DNA of 32,000 nucleotides from assembly GCA_001192655.1 (NCBI GenBank), contig BBVC01000020.1:30001-62000 (forward strand). Reading direction: 5' to 3'. The position numbers and the translations under genes were made by a program. Numbering within the stretch: the first letter of the stretch is position 1; the number at the start of each line of letters is the position of its first letter. Shown in pieces: positions 31,808 through 32,000 of the stretch. Below the pieces are notes generated by a model. It saw only the letters and a list, made by a program, of their open reading frames with translations. It was not told the DNA's origin and made no database searches. Source of the DNA: Caedimonas varicaedens (GTDB lineage Bacteria; Pseudomonadota; Alphaproteobacteria; Caedimonadales; Caedimonadaceae).

Positions 31808-32000
31808 TGTTAGCGCCGGAGGTAAAATGATACAGATCATCGGTTGAATTTTGATACACCCACGCATTAACTCCTTTTCAAAGGAGTTTAGGAATAATGA
31901 TTCAGTGGGAACAAACGATGGAAATAAAAATATTACGCCGACAAGGCAAGAGTCTAAGAAGGATCGCTCATGAGGTTGGTATGGCCGTGAATACAGTTCG
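31808..32000 (+). mobile_element. IS21-family copy D (left end; continues beyond the window)
   Basis: TGTTAGCGCCGGAGGTAAAATG... matches the other left ends in the stretches compared. Confidence 0.85.
31897..32000 (+). CDS. istA: istA, 5' part (truncated by the window end)
   Basis: The ATG lies 89 nt from the IS end, as in copy A. MIQWEQTMEIKILRRQGKSLRRIAHEVGMAVNTV... Confidence 0.8.
   Translation, partial: MIQWEQTMEIKILRRQGKSLRRIAHEVGMAVNTV

Noticed and set aside
31638-31859. 73-aa [35 protein letters not shown]...
   Set aside because: It is a chimera. Its 3' part is the IS630 transposase frame and its 5' part reads backwards through the IS21-D left end, so it is an artefact of the nested insertion.

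Overview
This is a 32-kb window from an IS-rich, moderately AT-rich bacterial chromosome. The gene content (gyrB, bamE, phasin, COQ9/TetR-fold protein, proC, ybjN, ligA, ubiA) fits an alphaproteobacterium, perhaps a host-associated lineage, but the taxon is inference only. Bases 1-18201 hold mostly housekeeping genes. Among them are signal-peptide proteins of unknown function, one IS630-family insertion just upstream of an outer-membrane beta-barrel gene, and a tRNA-Ser(UGA) followed by a decay zone containing a MITE-like element and an IS5-like transposase stub. At 18202 an IS21-family element cuts a comM/yifB gene, and the rest of the window is a mobile or accessory island. In order it contains: a head-to-tail IS21 tandem whose second copy carries an IS630 insertion and a deletion; a phage-type recombination module (5'-clipped YqaJ-like exonuclease, acidic wHTH protein, RecT); a secreted 857-aa repeat protein translationally coupled to a 135-aa HEAT-like protein; an orphan small ORF; an AT-rich HaeIII/NgoPII-type R-M remnant with an intact C5-methyltransferase and a frameshifted endonuclease; and a nested IS21>IS630>IS21 structure running off the window end. 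The best candidate for an undescribed system is the 857-aa/135-aa gene pair (24436-27413), which has the layout of a toxin-immunity or effector-chaperone locus but no domain I can recognise. There is no CRISPR array and no rRNA. All family assignments come from reading motifs in the translations; no database search was run.
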